In this document: piece by piece, positions 1-9,741 of the stretch
Position numbering within the stretch: position 1 is the first letter of the stretch
Layout of the letters: each line of letters starts with the position of its first letter
Assembly (NCBI GenBank): GCA_963809485.1
Contig: CAWEJX010000001.1
Span: forward strand, 192,001-256,000
Reading direction: 5' to 3'
From: an uncultured Acidobacteriota bacterium
GTDB taxonomy: Bacteria; Acidobacteriota; UBA6911
Length of the DNA: 64,000 nucleotides
Translations under genes and position numbers: made by a program
The notes under the pieces: model-generated
Database searches by the model: none
Told to the model about the DNA's origin: nothing
What the model saw: only the letters and a program-made list of their open reading frames with translations

Positions 1-2
1 TT

Positions 3-2120
3 GCAGAACAGGCTCTGCGTTTCGACCTCCAAAGCACCCGTGTTGTGGTTCTCGGCGGCGGCACGGGCCTTTCCACGGTGGTGGGCGGCAATCCACGGAT
101 GCCCGATTGGCCGGATAATCCTTACGTGGGGATGAAGCAGGAATTCCCGGATCTGCATTCGGTGGTCTGTACCACAGACGACGGCGGATCGACCGGCCTG
201 CTTCTTAAATCGCTGCCCTTGATCGGGGTGGGCGACCTGCGAAAACTCCTGATCTCGTCGATCCTCCTGGAAAATTTGCGCCGGAGATACGGAATTACCG
301 AGCAGGAGACACTTCAACTGGTGAGATTGATACATGCCCTATTCAATTACAGGTTCCCCGAAGGTGCTTCCAAACTGAGTGTTCTCGCAGACCCGCTTAA
401 GGCTGTTCCGGTCTCCCTCCGCCCCGCATGTCCCAGACCGCTTGCCGATGCATTCCGAATGCTCGGAACCTATATTTCTCCAGGCGGATGGGGGCCGAGC
501 GTCGTTCCCGCCGGGCATTCCCTCGGCAACCTGATGCTCATAGCCGCAATTTTCAGGGCAGCCCGCGGGAGAACGGATCGGGCCCCTGGATTGGGGGATA
601 TTCAAACGGGGATTGACGACATCGCCGCCTGGGTTGGGGCTCCGGTGGGAAGAATTCATCCGGCCACAGCCGCACCCGGTCAATTGAAGATCCGTTACGC
701 CAATGGAGTGGAAGTATACGGGCAAAGCAAGCCGGCTTATTCACGCCGCAATTCTCCCGTGGAGCGTATCGTGGCGGAATTTTCCCGAAAGCCGGTCGTG
801 AGCGCCGCGGTTCAGCAAGCCATCGAAAATGCCGATTTGATCATCTACGCTCCGGGAAGCTTATATACTTCGACCATCCCGGTTCTTCAGCTGGAGCCGA
901 TCGCCGCCTCCATCCGCAAAAACAGGAAGGCCCTAAAAGTGCTGGGGGCCAACTCCTGGGTCCAGGAAGGGGAGACCGATATTTCGCTCAAGAATCAGGG
1001 CCGCGGCTTTCTCGTTTCAGAATTGATCGAGGCTTACGATCGAAACATACCGGGCGGGATCCAGGGCTTGTTTGACGTGGTTCTGAGCGCCAATCTGGAG
1101 CATATTCCCGGCAGCATCCTGCGCAACTACGCACTGGAAGGGAAAAGCCCAATCCACATGGACCGGGCGAACGTGGAGGCTACGGGCATACAACCGGTCG
1201 AAGCGACCCTTTTTCTTCCGGTGCGCCAGAGCCAAACGCGTGTCATCCAACATGATGCCCGCCGATTCGCCCTGGCTATCCGAACCCTGCTATATGCCGA
1301 TAGAAGGCTTAAAAACAAAAACGGCTATGCGCTCAGGCGCCGGGCGCCCGGCGAAAGGTTTGTGCAAAGCCCCAAGACAGGGAAACGTGCAGAAGCTTCA
1401 AGTCCGAATCGAAACCCTTTGCTGTGCAAATATCTCGACACTGTTACAAAGATTCTGAGCGAAAAAGACTTTCGTCCTGCAATGCTGAGAAACTTCATGC
1501 TCGATCTTGCCTGGGAGAACCGCGACATCCGCCCGTCCCACCTGATGTTTTTCCGCGGCGTGCGCGTGATTTCAGCCCGGCGCTGGAACCGGAGCACCGA
1601 ATGGGACAATGTTCTTGGCTACTATGATCCTCAGGACCGGATCCTTAAGCTTCACAAGGATTTGCTTGCGAATCCCGCAAGGCTTCGCGAGGACCTGCTG
1701 ATTGCGCTCGGAGAGTCCTTACTGGGACAATACATCCAGCAGCGCCGCTGGATTGACCAATATGGCGCCCGCTGCTTTGAAATTGTACTCAGGCCGTCCG
1801 CACAGAGAGAGTGCTTCCTCACTGATGCGCAGATTCGCACCTACCTCAGGCTGGCACGGATGACGCCCGACCCCTCCGATGACGGTGTCTTCCGCATTGT
1901 GATCAATAATGACGGGGGATTTCTTCCTCCGGGTTTATTATTCGGGCTCATCTATTCCTGGTATCTCTGCGGCAGCGGATTCACCATGGAATACGAAATG
2001 ACGCTGTTGCGATGGCCATTGAAAAGCCTTATCCCCCTCCATGCCAGGGATCGAATCCGCAAGCAGGCACTGGTGACATTTTTTCGTAAGGAAATTTTCG
2101 GTCACACGGATGATGAGTGA
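3..2120 (+). CDS. YvcK/CofD-family (gluconeogenesis factor-like) protein with long C-terminal extension; 5' end lies outside the window
   Basis: Frame is open from nt 3; motifs VVLGGGTGLS, TTDDGGSTG, GHSLGNL, IIYAPGSLYTS, HD. Confidence 0.8.
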   Translation, partial: AEQALRFDLQSTRVVVLGGGTGLSTVVGGNPRMPDWPDNPYVGMKQEFPDLHSVVCTTDDGGSTGLLLKSLPLIGVGDLRKLLISSILLENLRRRYGITEQETLQLVRLIHALFNYRFPEGASKLSVLADPLKAVPVSLRPACPRPLADAFRMLGTYISPGGWGPSVVPAGHSLGNLMLIAAIFRAARGRTDRAPGLGDIQTGIDDIAAWVGAPVGRIHPATAAPGQLKIRYANGVEVYGQSKPAYSRRNSPVERIVAEFSRKPVVSAAVQQAIENADLIIYAPGSLYTSTIPVLQLEPIAASIRKNRKALKVLGANSWVQEGETDISLKNQGRGFLVSELIEAYDRNIPGGIQGLFDVVLSANLEHIPGSILRNYALEGKSPIHMDRANVEATGIQPVEATLFLPVRQSQTRVIQHDARRFALAIRTLLYADRRLKNKNGYALRRRAPGERFVQSPKTGKRAEASSPNRNPLLCKYLDTVTKILSEKDFRPAMLRNFMLDLAWENRDIRPSHLMFFRGVRVISARRWNRSTEWDNVLGYYDPQDRILKLHKDLLANPARLREDLLIALGESLLGQYIQQRRWIDQYGARCFEIVLRPSAQRECFLTDAQIRTYLRLARMTPDPSDDGVFRIVINNDGGFLPPGLLFGLIYSWYLCGSGFTMEYEMTLLRWPLKSLIPLHARDRIRKQALVTFFRKEIFGHTDDE

Positions 2121-2197
2121 TCGAACCGGATTCGTTTCGGCCGGAACCGGCCGTTATCCGGAAGGCCTCGAGAAATGCAGATCCGTTCTAATTGCGT

Positions 2198-2226
2198 TTG
2201 ACTGAACTGGATCGCGGACTTATATT
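2198..2226 (+). promoter_or_regulatory. sigma70-type promoter
   Basis: TTGACT-N17-TATATT upstream of the FmdB-family gene. Confidence 0.55.
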
Positions 2227-2262
2227 TTCAATGCAATAAAATATATGACGGAGGTGTGCCTG

Positions 2263-2559
2263 GTGCCGATCTACGAGTATCAATGCACAAAATGCGGCGA
2301 GGTTTTTGAAGCCTTCCAGAAGATTACGGATGAGCCGCTGGGGCAATGCAAATTTTGCGGATCGAAAGTGGAAAAACTGATCAGCCATTCGAGTTTTCAG
2401 CTCAAAGGAAGCGGGTGGTATCTGACAGACTATGCCCGGCGGAACTCGAGCAGTTCTTCGGAGAAACCCAAAACGACCGAAACCGCCGAAAAATCGACGG
2501 CAACCAAAGCTTCCACAGAAACAAAAAGCGCCGATAAGGGCGCCGAAAGCAAGACATGA
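2263..2559 (+). CDS. FmdB-family zinc-ribbon regulatory protein
   Basis: [12 protein letters not shown]...CKFCG...[13 protein letters not shown]; low-complexity S/T/K tail; GGAGG SD before GTG. Confidence 0.88.
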   Translation: MPIYEYQCTKCGEVFEAFQKITDEPLGQCKFCGSKVEKLISHSSFQLKGSGWYLTDYARRNSSSSSEKPKTTETAEKSTATKASTETKSADKGAESKT

Positions 2560-3059
2560 TTCTGGATGACACTTGCAGGTTTTCATCCCCTCAGCGCAGC
2601 TTGGTTTTCCGGGCTCTGGACGAAGCCGAGGAACGCACCAGGGATTACTACTGCATACCCCCTTTCCGCTGGGAGAAGCTGAGATACGACCTGCTCACCC
2701 GGGGCGATCACGGCTGGGAGCCTTTGCCGGAACCGATGTTTGCCAGAGTAAGGTGCCTCCAAAGAATCCATAACAGCCTGCCCTTCGATTTTTACCGTAT
2801 CGAGCTCAACGATGAGAGCATACTGGCTGCCGCGCATAGAGAGAATCTTTTGAAGGAGCAGGACCTTTATCCCTTTTTTGTCTACATTTTAACCCACGAA
2901 ATGGTCCACATGGTCCGGCTCAACAGCATCCTGGAAAACTGGACCGAAACGCTGGTTCCTTTTGACGAGTCCGAGGAACACAGGGTGCAGCGCATATCAC
3001 GCAGGATTCTGACCGGCGCGTCCGATTTCAAGCCGGTTCTCGACCGGTTCTGCAGCTGA
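2556..3059 (+). CDS. Hypothetical protein with HExxH (zincin-like) motif
   Basis: ILTHEMVH followed by downstream EEHRV; ATGA overlap with upstream gene. Confidence 0.65.
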   Translation: MILDDTCRFSSPQRSLVFRALDEAEERTRDYYCIPPFRWEKLRYDLLTRGDHGWEPLPEPMFARVRCLQRIHNSLPFDFYRIELNDESILAAAHRENLLKEQDLYPFFVYILTHEMVHMVRLNSILENWTETLVPFDESEEHRVQRISRRILTGASDFKPVLDRFCS

Positions 3060-3134
3060 ATTTATCTTTGAAAGGACCTGCGGGCCATGCAATCATTCGC
3101 CCCAAGCCCCAGGCATTCGCGGAGGTGTGCCACA

Positions 3135-3671
3135 ATGTCCCAACATAAACTCGACGACTCGGTCGCTGAGCACAGGAAAAAATCCGACCTGCGCGCCGGC
3201 GTTGCAGTAATTACGCTCTCCACATCCCGATCCAGATCCCACTCTTCGGAACCCGATCAATCCGGCGATGTGATCCAGAGTGTTCTGGAGAAAGCCGGTC
3301 ACCGCGTTCCTGTAAGGAAGCTTATGCCCGACAGCCGCCGCATTTTGCGTGCAAGCCTGGGCCAACTGATCCGGGACAAGCGGATTCAAGCCGTCATCAC
3401 GACAGGTGGAACGGGCCTGGCGCCAACGGATGTCACTATAGAAACAGTTCAGGGCATGCTTGAGAAGGAACTCCCCGGATTCAACTCGCTTTTCATGTTC
3501 CTCAGCTACCCCCAGGTCAAAACCGCGTCCATGCTTTCCCGGGCACTCGCCGGAACTGTCAAAGGCAAAATCATTTTTTGCCTGCCCGGCAGTCCCCGGG
3601 CCTGCAAACTGGCGACCGAATCTCTCATTTTGCCTGAACTGGGACATATATTGATGCTCTTGAGGAGTTAG
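3135..3671 (+). CDS. moaB: Molybdenum cofactor biosynthesis protein MoaB/MogA
   Basis: ITTGGTGLAPTDVTIE, SRALAG, IFCLPGSP; GGAGG SD at 3121. Confidence 0.88.
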   Translation: MSQHKLDDSVAEHRKKSDLRAGVAVITLSTSRSRSHSSEPDQSGDVIQSVLEKAGHRVPVRKLMPDSRRILRASLGQLIRDKRIQAVITTGGTGLAPTDVTIETVQGMLEKELPGFNSLFMFLSYPQVKTASMLSRALAGTVKGKIIFCLPGSPRACKLATESLILPELGHILMLLRS

Positions 3672-4355
3672 ATGGCTTTCCCATCACCGCGCCCCTGCAG
3701 CCTCTTCCTGTTCGACCTTGATGGAACTCTGATCGATTCGCGCGAGGATATCACCACTTCTCTCAACCTTGCGCTGGGGCGCATGGGACTGTACCCTCTG
3801 CCGGAAGCCCGCGTGACTGAATTTGTGGGCTCCGGCGTTCAGGTGCTCGTGGAACGCTCGCTTCGGGAAGTAACAGGTTCGGCCCCCACTGAAGACCGTG
3901 TCCGGCTGGGCGTTTCTCTATTCAGGGAAGAGTACGGGATACACCTTCTGGACCGGACGCATCTTTATCCGGGAGTAATAGAGGGCCTGGACCATCTCTA
4001 CTGGGCCAGGTTCGCAGTCGTGAGCAACAAGCCCGAAATATTCTGCCGACGGATCCTTGATGGCCTGGGCGTGGGCACGCGGTTCCTGGCGATTCTGGGA
4101 GGGGACAGTACCTTGCGCAAACCCAACCCCGTGTCCCTTTTGAAGGCGATGGAATATTGCAGGGCCAATCCACACGAAACGGTTATGGTTGGGGACAGCC
4201 CCGTGGATATTCGGGCCGGCAAAGCGGCCGGAGTGATGACTTGCGGTGTCCTGGGAGGATTTCACTCGAGAGCAGATTTAGAGGCTGCCGGGAGTGATCT
4301 TTTCGTCCATAATCTGCTGGACCTGGTCGGCAATTTTTGCCCCTCGCCGCCCTGA
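3672..4355 (+). CDS. HAD-superfamily phosphatase (phosphoglycolate phosphatase-like)
   Basis: FDLDGTLIDS, VVSNK, RKPNP, MVGDSPVDIRAG. Confidence 0.85.
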   Translation: MAFPSPRPCSLFLFDLDGTLIDSREDITTSLNLALGRMGLYPLPEARVTEFVGSGVQVLVERSLREVTGSAPTEDRVRLGVSLFREEYGIHLLDRTHLYPGVIEGLDHLYWARFAVVSNKPEIFCRRILDGLGVGTRFLAILGGDSTLRKPNPVSLLKAMEYCRANPHETVMVGDSPVDIRAGKAAGVMTCGVLGGFHSRADLEAAGSDLFVHNLLDLVGNFCPSPP

Positions 4356-4474
4356 TATCGCATCCCGATTATGAAGGCCCTGAAATAGGCTGAAAAAAGC
4401 TGACGACCGCTGCCTCTCGAGCCGGAAGATGAGAAATCCCGAGGGCCGGAGGAAGCCGCTTCAAGCGGATCCCA

Positions 4475-4708
4475 GTCAGGTACCTCCGGCAAAGCCGGAG
4501 GCTTGAAAGATTGGAACCGCTCAAAGCGGTTGGAGGAGTTACGCCGGTCTTGAACGCTGACTTACGCGGGCAAAAGCCGATGAGGCGCCTCCGATCCCCG
4601 CCGAACAAGTCGGCGTTTGTCAGCGCTTTTATCTGCGTTTCTCAGCGTTTCAAAATACGGAGCTGTCAAACTCTTTGAGTCCCACGGCAGAGCCGGGGGT
4701 TTACCAAT
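4475..4708 (-). mobile_element. Non-autonomous IS200/IS605-type element (PATE-like), copy 1
   Basis: IS200-like end hairpins CCTCCGGCAAAGCCGGAGG + AACCGCTCAAAGCGGTT and GGAGCTGTCAAACTCTTTGAGTCCC...GCCGGGGGTTTACC; no transposase; repeated at 24804 and 27035. Confidence 0.75.
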
Positions 4709-4733
4709 GTAATCAAGCCTCCGGATTTGCCTG

Positions 4734-4910
4734 CTAACAGCAGCGATTGGGCCGGGCGTATTTTTCATTCAGCCGGGAAACGTAAAACTCCCTTGCGGTT
4801 GGGATCCGCATTTCAGGATGCCTGGCACGCAGATGCTCGCAATAGCGCGCATATTCGCCTTCTCCCAGGACCTGTCCCAGAAGGTTCCACCATTTTCGGA
4901 GCAATCGCAT
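4734..4910 (-). CDS. YbdD/YjiX-family small protein (CstA-associated)
   Basis: GEGEYARYCEHLRARHP...EFY...RCC C-terminus; directly downstream of cstA. Confidence 0.85.
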   Translation of the reverse strand: MRLLRKWWNLLGQVLGEGEYARYCEHLRARHPEMRIPTAREFYVSRLNEKYARPNRCC

Positions 4911-4939
4911 TTCCCCTCGCATAATTCCAAATCCGGCCA

Positions 4940-7018
4940 TCAGTCGTATGCCGTCAATCTGTACTCCGCTTCGCATAAAACCGGGATTTTGCGGCGGCTC
5001 AGAATGGCCAGCCAGTCCCGGGCGCATTCGATGAGGATGACCAGTACCATGAGAGCGAAAAGCCCGGTTACGGCAGCATCCAGGCGGTTATTGAAAATCT
5101 GCCTTTGAATCGCGCCAGCCTGGTCCTCGGGAATCTGTCCGGCCTCCATAAGCCCGCTGAGCCGGTTTGCCTCAGCCAGAAACCCGATGTGCGGGTCCGC
5201 GTGGAAAATTTTCTGATAGGCCGCTGTCTGTGTAATCAGGACAAGCCAGAGCATCGGGAGAACAGTCACCCATGCATACCGAGCTTTGTTCATTTTGATA
5301 ATGATGGTTGTCGCGACGCACAAGGCCACGACCGAAAGCAGTTGATTGGCAATCCCAAAAAGCGGCCACAGGCTGTTGATCCCCCCCAGAGGATCCATGA
5401 CTCCCTGATAGAGAAAATATCCCCATCCGCCCACAACCAGGGCGCTCGTCAGGATGACGCCGGGGTACCAGCCCGTGTGCCCCAGCGGTTTCCAGATATG
5501 ACCGAGAAGGTCCTGAAGCAGGAACCTGCCCACGCGGCTGCCGGCGTCCAGCACTGTGAGGATAAATAGGGCCTCGAACATGATCGCAAAGTGATACCAG
5601 ATCGCCGTAAAGGTGTTTCCGCCGAGAGTGCGGGCGAAAATCTGCGCCATGCCTACGGCAAGAGATGGGGCGCCGCCGGTTCTGGAAAACATGGTCTGTT
5701 CACCAACCAGATCGGTCAGATGCTGCATTTCCTGCGGGGTAACCGTGTAGCCCCACGAAGAAATCGTGGCGGTCGCCGTCACAGGATCGGCGCCCACAAT
5801 CCCTGCGGGACTGTTGATGGCAAAGTAGATGCCCGGCTGCAGCACGCACGCCGCCACCATAGCCATGATTCCGACAAAGGATTCCATCAGCATGGAACCG
5901 TAGCCGATCAAGCGGGCCTGGCTCTCCCTGGTGATCAGCTTGGGGGTTGTCCCAGAAGCGATCAGCGCATGGAAGCCGGAAATTGCACCGCAGGCTATCG
6001 TGATGAAAGCGAAGGGAAAAATTTTCCCCGAAAAGACCGGTCCCGTTCCATCCACGAAGCGCGACAATGCGGGCATTGCCAGAACCGGCCGGACCGCCAG
6101 TATTCCCAGTGCGAGAAGAAATATCGTTCCCAGCTTTATGAACGTGCTCAGGTAATCGCGCGGAGCCAGGAGCAGCCACACCGGCAATACCGATGCCGCA
6201 AATCCATACGCAATAATCATCCAGGCAATGTGCCGCGCGTCAAAGGTGAGCATTGCCGCTAGTGCGGGGACCTGGGCGATGTACTGCCCACCCACGACTG
6301 CAGCCATCACAAGCACGAATCCCAGGATGGAAGTTTCCAGCACTTTGCCCGGACGCAGGAACCTTAGGTAAACACCCATCAGGAGCGCGATCGGTATTGT
6401 CATCGCCAGGGTAAAGGTTCCCCACGGGCTCGCCTTGAGAGCATTGGTGATCACGAGCGCGATCACCGCCAGCAATATTACGAGTATGGAAATAATGGCG
6501 CACAGCGCCGTGAAGCCGGCCACCGGCCCGACCTCTTCTTTGGCAATCTGGCCCAGGGATTTCCCGTCCCTGCGCATGGACGCGAACAGGATTACAAAAT
6601 CCTGCACACATCCGCCCAGTACAGCCCCGATAATCAGCCAGAGCGTCCCGGGCAGGTATCCCAGTTGGGCCGCGAGCGTAGGTCCGACCAGAGGACCGGG
6701 ACCGGCGATGGCGGCAAAGTGGTGACCGAATAGAATCCACTTGTTGGTGGGTACGAAATCCCGGCCGTCCTCCAACCGCTCCGCAGGCGTAGCGCGGGTG
6801 TCGTCCAGATGCATCACCTTTAGCGCGATGAACCGGCTGTAGAACCGGTATGCGACGCCATAGACACAAATGGCCGCCACGATCATCCACATCGCATTGA
6901 CGGGTTCGTTCCTGCGCAGGGCCACCGCCCCCAGAGCGCCGGCTCCAATCAGGCTTACCAGAACCCAAAGCCCCGCTCGCGCGCTTTTGCCCCATCCATT
7001 GCGAAATCCAACAGTCAT
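4940..7018 (-). CDS. cstA: Carbon starvation protein A family transporter (CstA/BtsT)
   Basis: [48 protein letters not shown]; AAGGAG SD. Confidence 0.93.
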   Translation of the reverse strand: MTVGFRNGWGKSARAGLWVLVSLIGAGALGAVALRRNEPVNAMWMIVAAICVYGVAYRFYSRFIALKVMHLDDTRATPAERLEDGRDFVPTNKWILFGHHFAAIAGPGPLVGPTLAAQLGYLPGTLWLIIGAVLGGCVQDFVILFASMRRDGKSLGQIAKEEVGPVAGFTALCAIISILVILLAVIALVITNALKASPWGTFTLAMTIPIALLMGVYLRFLRPGKVLETSILGFVLVMAAVVGGQYIAQVPALAAMLTFDARHIAWMIIAYGFAASVLPVWLLLAPRDYLSTFIKLGTIFLLALGILAVRPVLAMPALSRFVDGTGPVFSGKIFPFAFITIACGAISGFHALIASGTTPKLITRESQARLIGYGSMLMESFVGIMAMVAACVLQPGIYFAINSPAGIVGADPVTATATISSWGYTVTPQEMQHLTDLVGEQTMFSRTGGAPSLAVGMAQIFARTLGGNTFTAIWYHFAIMFEALFILTVLDAGSRVGRFLLQDLLGHIWKPLGHTGWYPGVILTSALVVGGWGYFLYQGVMDPLGGINSLWPLFGIANQLLSVVALCVATTIIIKMNKARYAWVTVLPMLWLVLITQTAAYQKIFHADPHIGFLAEANRLSGLMEAGQIPEDQAGAIQRQIFNNRLDAAVTGLFALMVLVILIECARDWLAILSRRKIPVLCEAEYRLTAYD

Positions 7019-7232
7019 CTCATGCTCCTTCAAGCCCGGCAGGGAGGCTGTTAATGCAAACAAAGCCAAAAGCCTATTGCGTTCCGGAAAATATTGCAAT
7101 GATGGAATCAACGGCGCAGCGCACGCTCGCTTCTCATCGATCACCGACATATGCTGAAAAGGACTCTGACGAATCCCGATCCGTTGCAACTCAAATTTTG
7201 AGTATTCAAGGTTCGGGTGATACAGTTGTTAT

Positions 7233-7718
7233 ATGGCGCTGCGAGTCAGTGCAGGTTTGCTGATGTACCGCATAAAGGACGGGGCCTTGCAGATCTTGCT
7301 GGCCCATCCCGGCGGCCCCCTGTTTCGAAACAAGGATGATGGACATTGGACGTTACCCAAGGGGGAACCGCCCGCGGGCGAACCATTGGTTCAGGCTGCG
7401 CGGCGGGAGTTTGAGGAAGAAACCGGGATAAAACCGCCGGGAGCGCTGATCGAGCTTGGATCGATCCGGCAGAAGGGCGGTAAAATCGTCTATGCCTGGG
7501 CTTTCGAAGGCGATTACGATGATTCTCAATCCGTGCGGAGCAACACATTTGAAATGCAGTGGCCACCTGGATCCGGACGCGTTCAGAGTTTTCCCGAGGT
7601 GGACAAAGTCCGGTTCTTTTCGCTTGCCGAAGCGAAACAGAAGCTGAAAGATTCGCAGTGGCCCCTGGTGGAGCGGTTGGTGGTCACCCTGGGCACCTCT
7701 GTGAATACGGGTCTATAG
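7233..7718 (+). CDS. NUDIX-family hydrolase
   Basis: SAGLLMYR...HPGGP...PKGE...AARREFEEETG...WPPGSG...FPEVD. Confidence 0.88.
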   Translation: MALRVSAGLLMYRIKDGALQILLAHPGGPLFRNKDDGHWTLPKGEPPAGEPLVQAARREFEEETGIKPPGALIELGSIRQKGGKIVYAWAFEGDYDDSQSVRSNTFEMQWPPGSGRVQSFPEVDKVRFFSLAEAKQKLKDSQWPLVERLVVTLGTSVNTGL

Positions 7719-7721
7719 CAA

Positions 7722-8996
7722 ATGCGAGTGCTTCTGATATCAGGGAACCGGGAGGATGCGGAGATACGCGTTCCCGCTCTTGGTTTGGCCTGTGTCGCGG
7801 CAGCAACGGAGGCTGCAGGCCATGATGTAATCCTGCGGGATCTTCTGATCGCCAGAGACCCCCAGGCAGCGGTTGCGGAAGCCATCCAGGAATTCAAGCC
7901 CGATGCCGTCGGCGTTTCGGTGAGAAACCTCGACGATCAAAAAATGCGAGGCGCGCGGTTTCTCCTGGACCAGGCCCGGGACGCCGTCAGGTGGTGCAGG
8001 AATAATTCCACGGCTCCGGTGATCCTCGGGGGTGCCGGATTCAGTATCATTCCTCAGCCCGTCCTGGATTATGTGGATGCCGACATGGGAATCCAGGGCG
8101 AGGGAGAAACGGTTTTCCCGGAACTGCTCAGACGGATTCAATGGCGGGAAAAAATCGACAGCCTGCCCGGCCTTTTTCTGAGACACGGCGTTTCTCCTGC
8201 CCGGCGCGCTTTCGCCAAGGATCTGGATGCATTGCCTCTTCCGGATCCTTCACTGCTGGCGCATTCGCTTTCCGGAGCAGTGGACGCTCCCGTTCCTGTA
8301 CAAACGCGTCGCGGCTGTCCGCTTTCCTGCAGTTACTGCTCAACACCCACCATCGAGGGGAAAACCGTACGGTGGCGCTCTCCGGAATCCGTGGTGGCAT
8401 GGATGACGCGATGGGCGCAGGAAGGGTTCCGCAATTTCTATTTCGTCGACAATACGTTCAACCTCCCCCCTTCCTATGCCGCAAACCTCTGCGCGAAAAT
8501 CATTGCCACCCGGCTGGATATTTCCTGGAGGTGTATTCTCTTCCCTGCCGGGCTCGATCCGAAGCACGTGGAATTGATGGCCCGGGCCGGATGCAAGGAA
8601 GCCAGCATCGGATTTGAGAGCGGGGCCGCGGGCATGCTGCGCCGCATGAACAAGCGATTCGCCATTGGCGAAGTGAGGCGCACTTCCGACCTTCTGAGAA
8701 AGAACCATATCCGCAGGATGGGATTCCTCATGATTGGAGGGCCGGGCGAAACCAGGGACTCCGTGGAAGAGAGCCTGGCGTTTGCTGAAACGCTCGATCT
8801 GGATTCCCTGAAATTGAGCATCGGCATCCGCATCTATCCGAATACCGAGGTTGCGCGCACCGCCATGGACGAGGGGCTGATAGCCTCGGAGCGGGATCTT
8901 GTGTACCCAAAATTCTATGTCGTCCGGGATCTTGAAGAATGGATGTACGAGACGGTTGCCCGGCACATTTCAGCAAAGCCTCACTGGTTTTTATAA
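7722..8996 (+). CDS. Cobalamin-binding radical SAM protein
   Basis: N-terminal B12-binding domain (PALGLACVAA, GVSVRNLD, GEGE); RGCPLSCSYC motif. Confidence 0.9.
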   Translation: MRVLLISGNREDAEIRVPALGLACVAAATEAAGHDVILRDLLIARDPQAAVAEAIQEFKPDAVGVSVRNLDDQKMRGARFLLDQARDAVRWCRNNSTAPVILGGAGFSIIPQPVLDYVDADMGIQGEGETVFPELLRRIQWREKIDSLPGLFLRHGVSPARRAFAKDLDALPLPDPSLLAHSLSGAVDAPVPVQTRRGCPLSCSYCSTPTIEGKTVRWRSPESVVAWMTRWAQEGFRNFYFVDNTFNLPPSYAANLCAKIIATRLDISWRCILFPAGLDPKHVELMARAGCKEASIGFESGAAGMLRRMNKRFAIGEVRRTSDLLRKNHIRRMGFLMIGGPGETRDSVEESLAFAETLDLDSLKLSIGIRIYPNTEVARTAMDEGLIASERDLVYPKFYVVRDLEEWMYETVARHISAKPHWFL

Positions 8997-9359
8997 TTGC
9001 GTAGCCGAACATCCCCGATCTATCCATGGCCTTCCTTTTCTCAAAGGCCAGTTTGCAGGTGCTTTTAAGGCCCAATGCTGGTACAATACCATCACCTCCT
9101 ATGTGCGGCAGATGCCCAGCCGGCCGACCAAAGTTAGAATACTTTTAAGGGCTGATGCATCCAGAAATATTCAAAAGCAAATGCCGTGAGAGACAATTCC
9201 AATCCGCTCTTTTGTCCTGTCTTGATCCGGGCAGCCGGGAGGTTACCTATGCAGCAACTCCGTCCCTATGATCCGCATGAGAATTTTTCGGACCCTGGAA
9301 GCATATCAGGCCCGCAATCCGGGGGCTCCCTTTCGCGCTTGAACCGGCCCATTCGCGGC

Positions 9360-9722
9360 ATGATCAGGATCCTGCTCGCAGACGATCACGCCGTGATGCG
9401 GCAAGGATTGGCCGCATCTCTTTCCCAGGAACCGGACATTGTGATCGTGGGTGAGGCGGTGGACGGCAAAATGGCTGTAGAAAGGGCAAGAAGTCTGCAG
9501 CCTGATGTGATCCTGATGGATATCTCGATGCCGCAATTGGGAGGAATTGAGGCAACCAGGGAAATTCACCTTCAGTTGCCCAAGGTGCGCGTTATTGCTC
9601 TCTCCATGTTCGAAGAGGACGATTTTGCTCATGCAATGCTGGAGGCCGGCGCCGTGGCCTATCTAAGCAAGAGCTGCTCGATGGACGCATTGACTTCCAC
9701 AATCCGCCGGTGCGTTTTATAG
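9360..9722 (+). CDS. Stand-alone response regulator receiver domain (NarL-like, no HTH)
   Basis: IRILLADDH, DVILMDISMP, conserved K; ends after ~120 aa; start could lie further upstream (9186/9249). Confidence 0.8.
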   Translation: MIRILLADDHAVMRQGLAASLSQEPDIVIVGEAVDGKMAVERARSLQPDVILMDISMPQLGGIEATREIHLQLPKVRVIALSMFEEDDFAHAMLEAGAVAYLSKSCSMDALTSTIRRCVL

Positions 9723-9741
9723 CCGGCATTTTGCCCCGTGG

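Noticed and set aside
4734-4742. Selenocysteine in the YbdD-like protein
   Set aside because: It ends TGC-TGT-TAG (Cys-Cys-stop) with no TGA.
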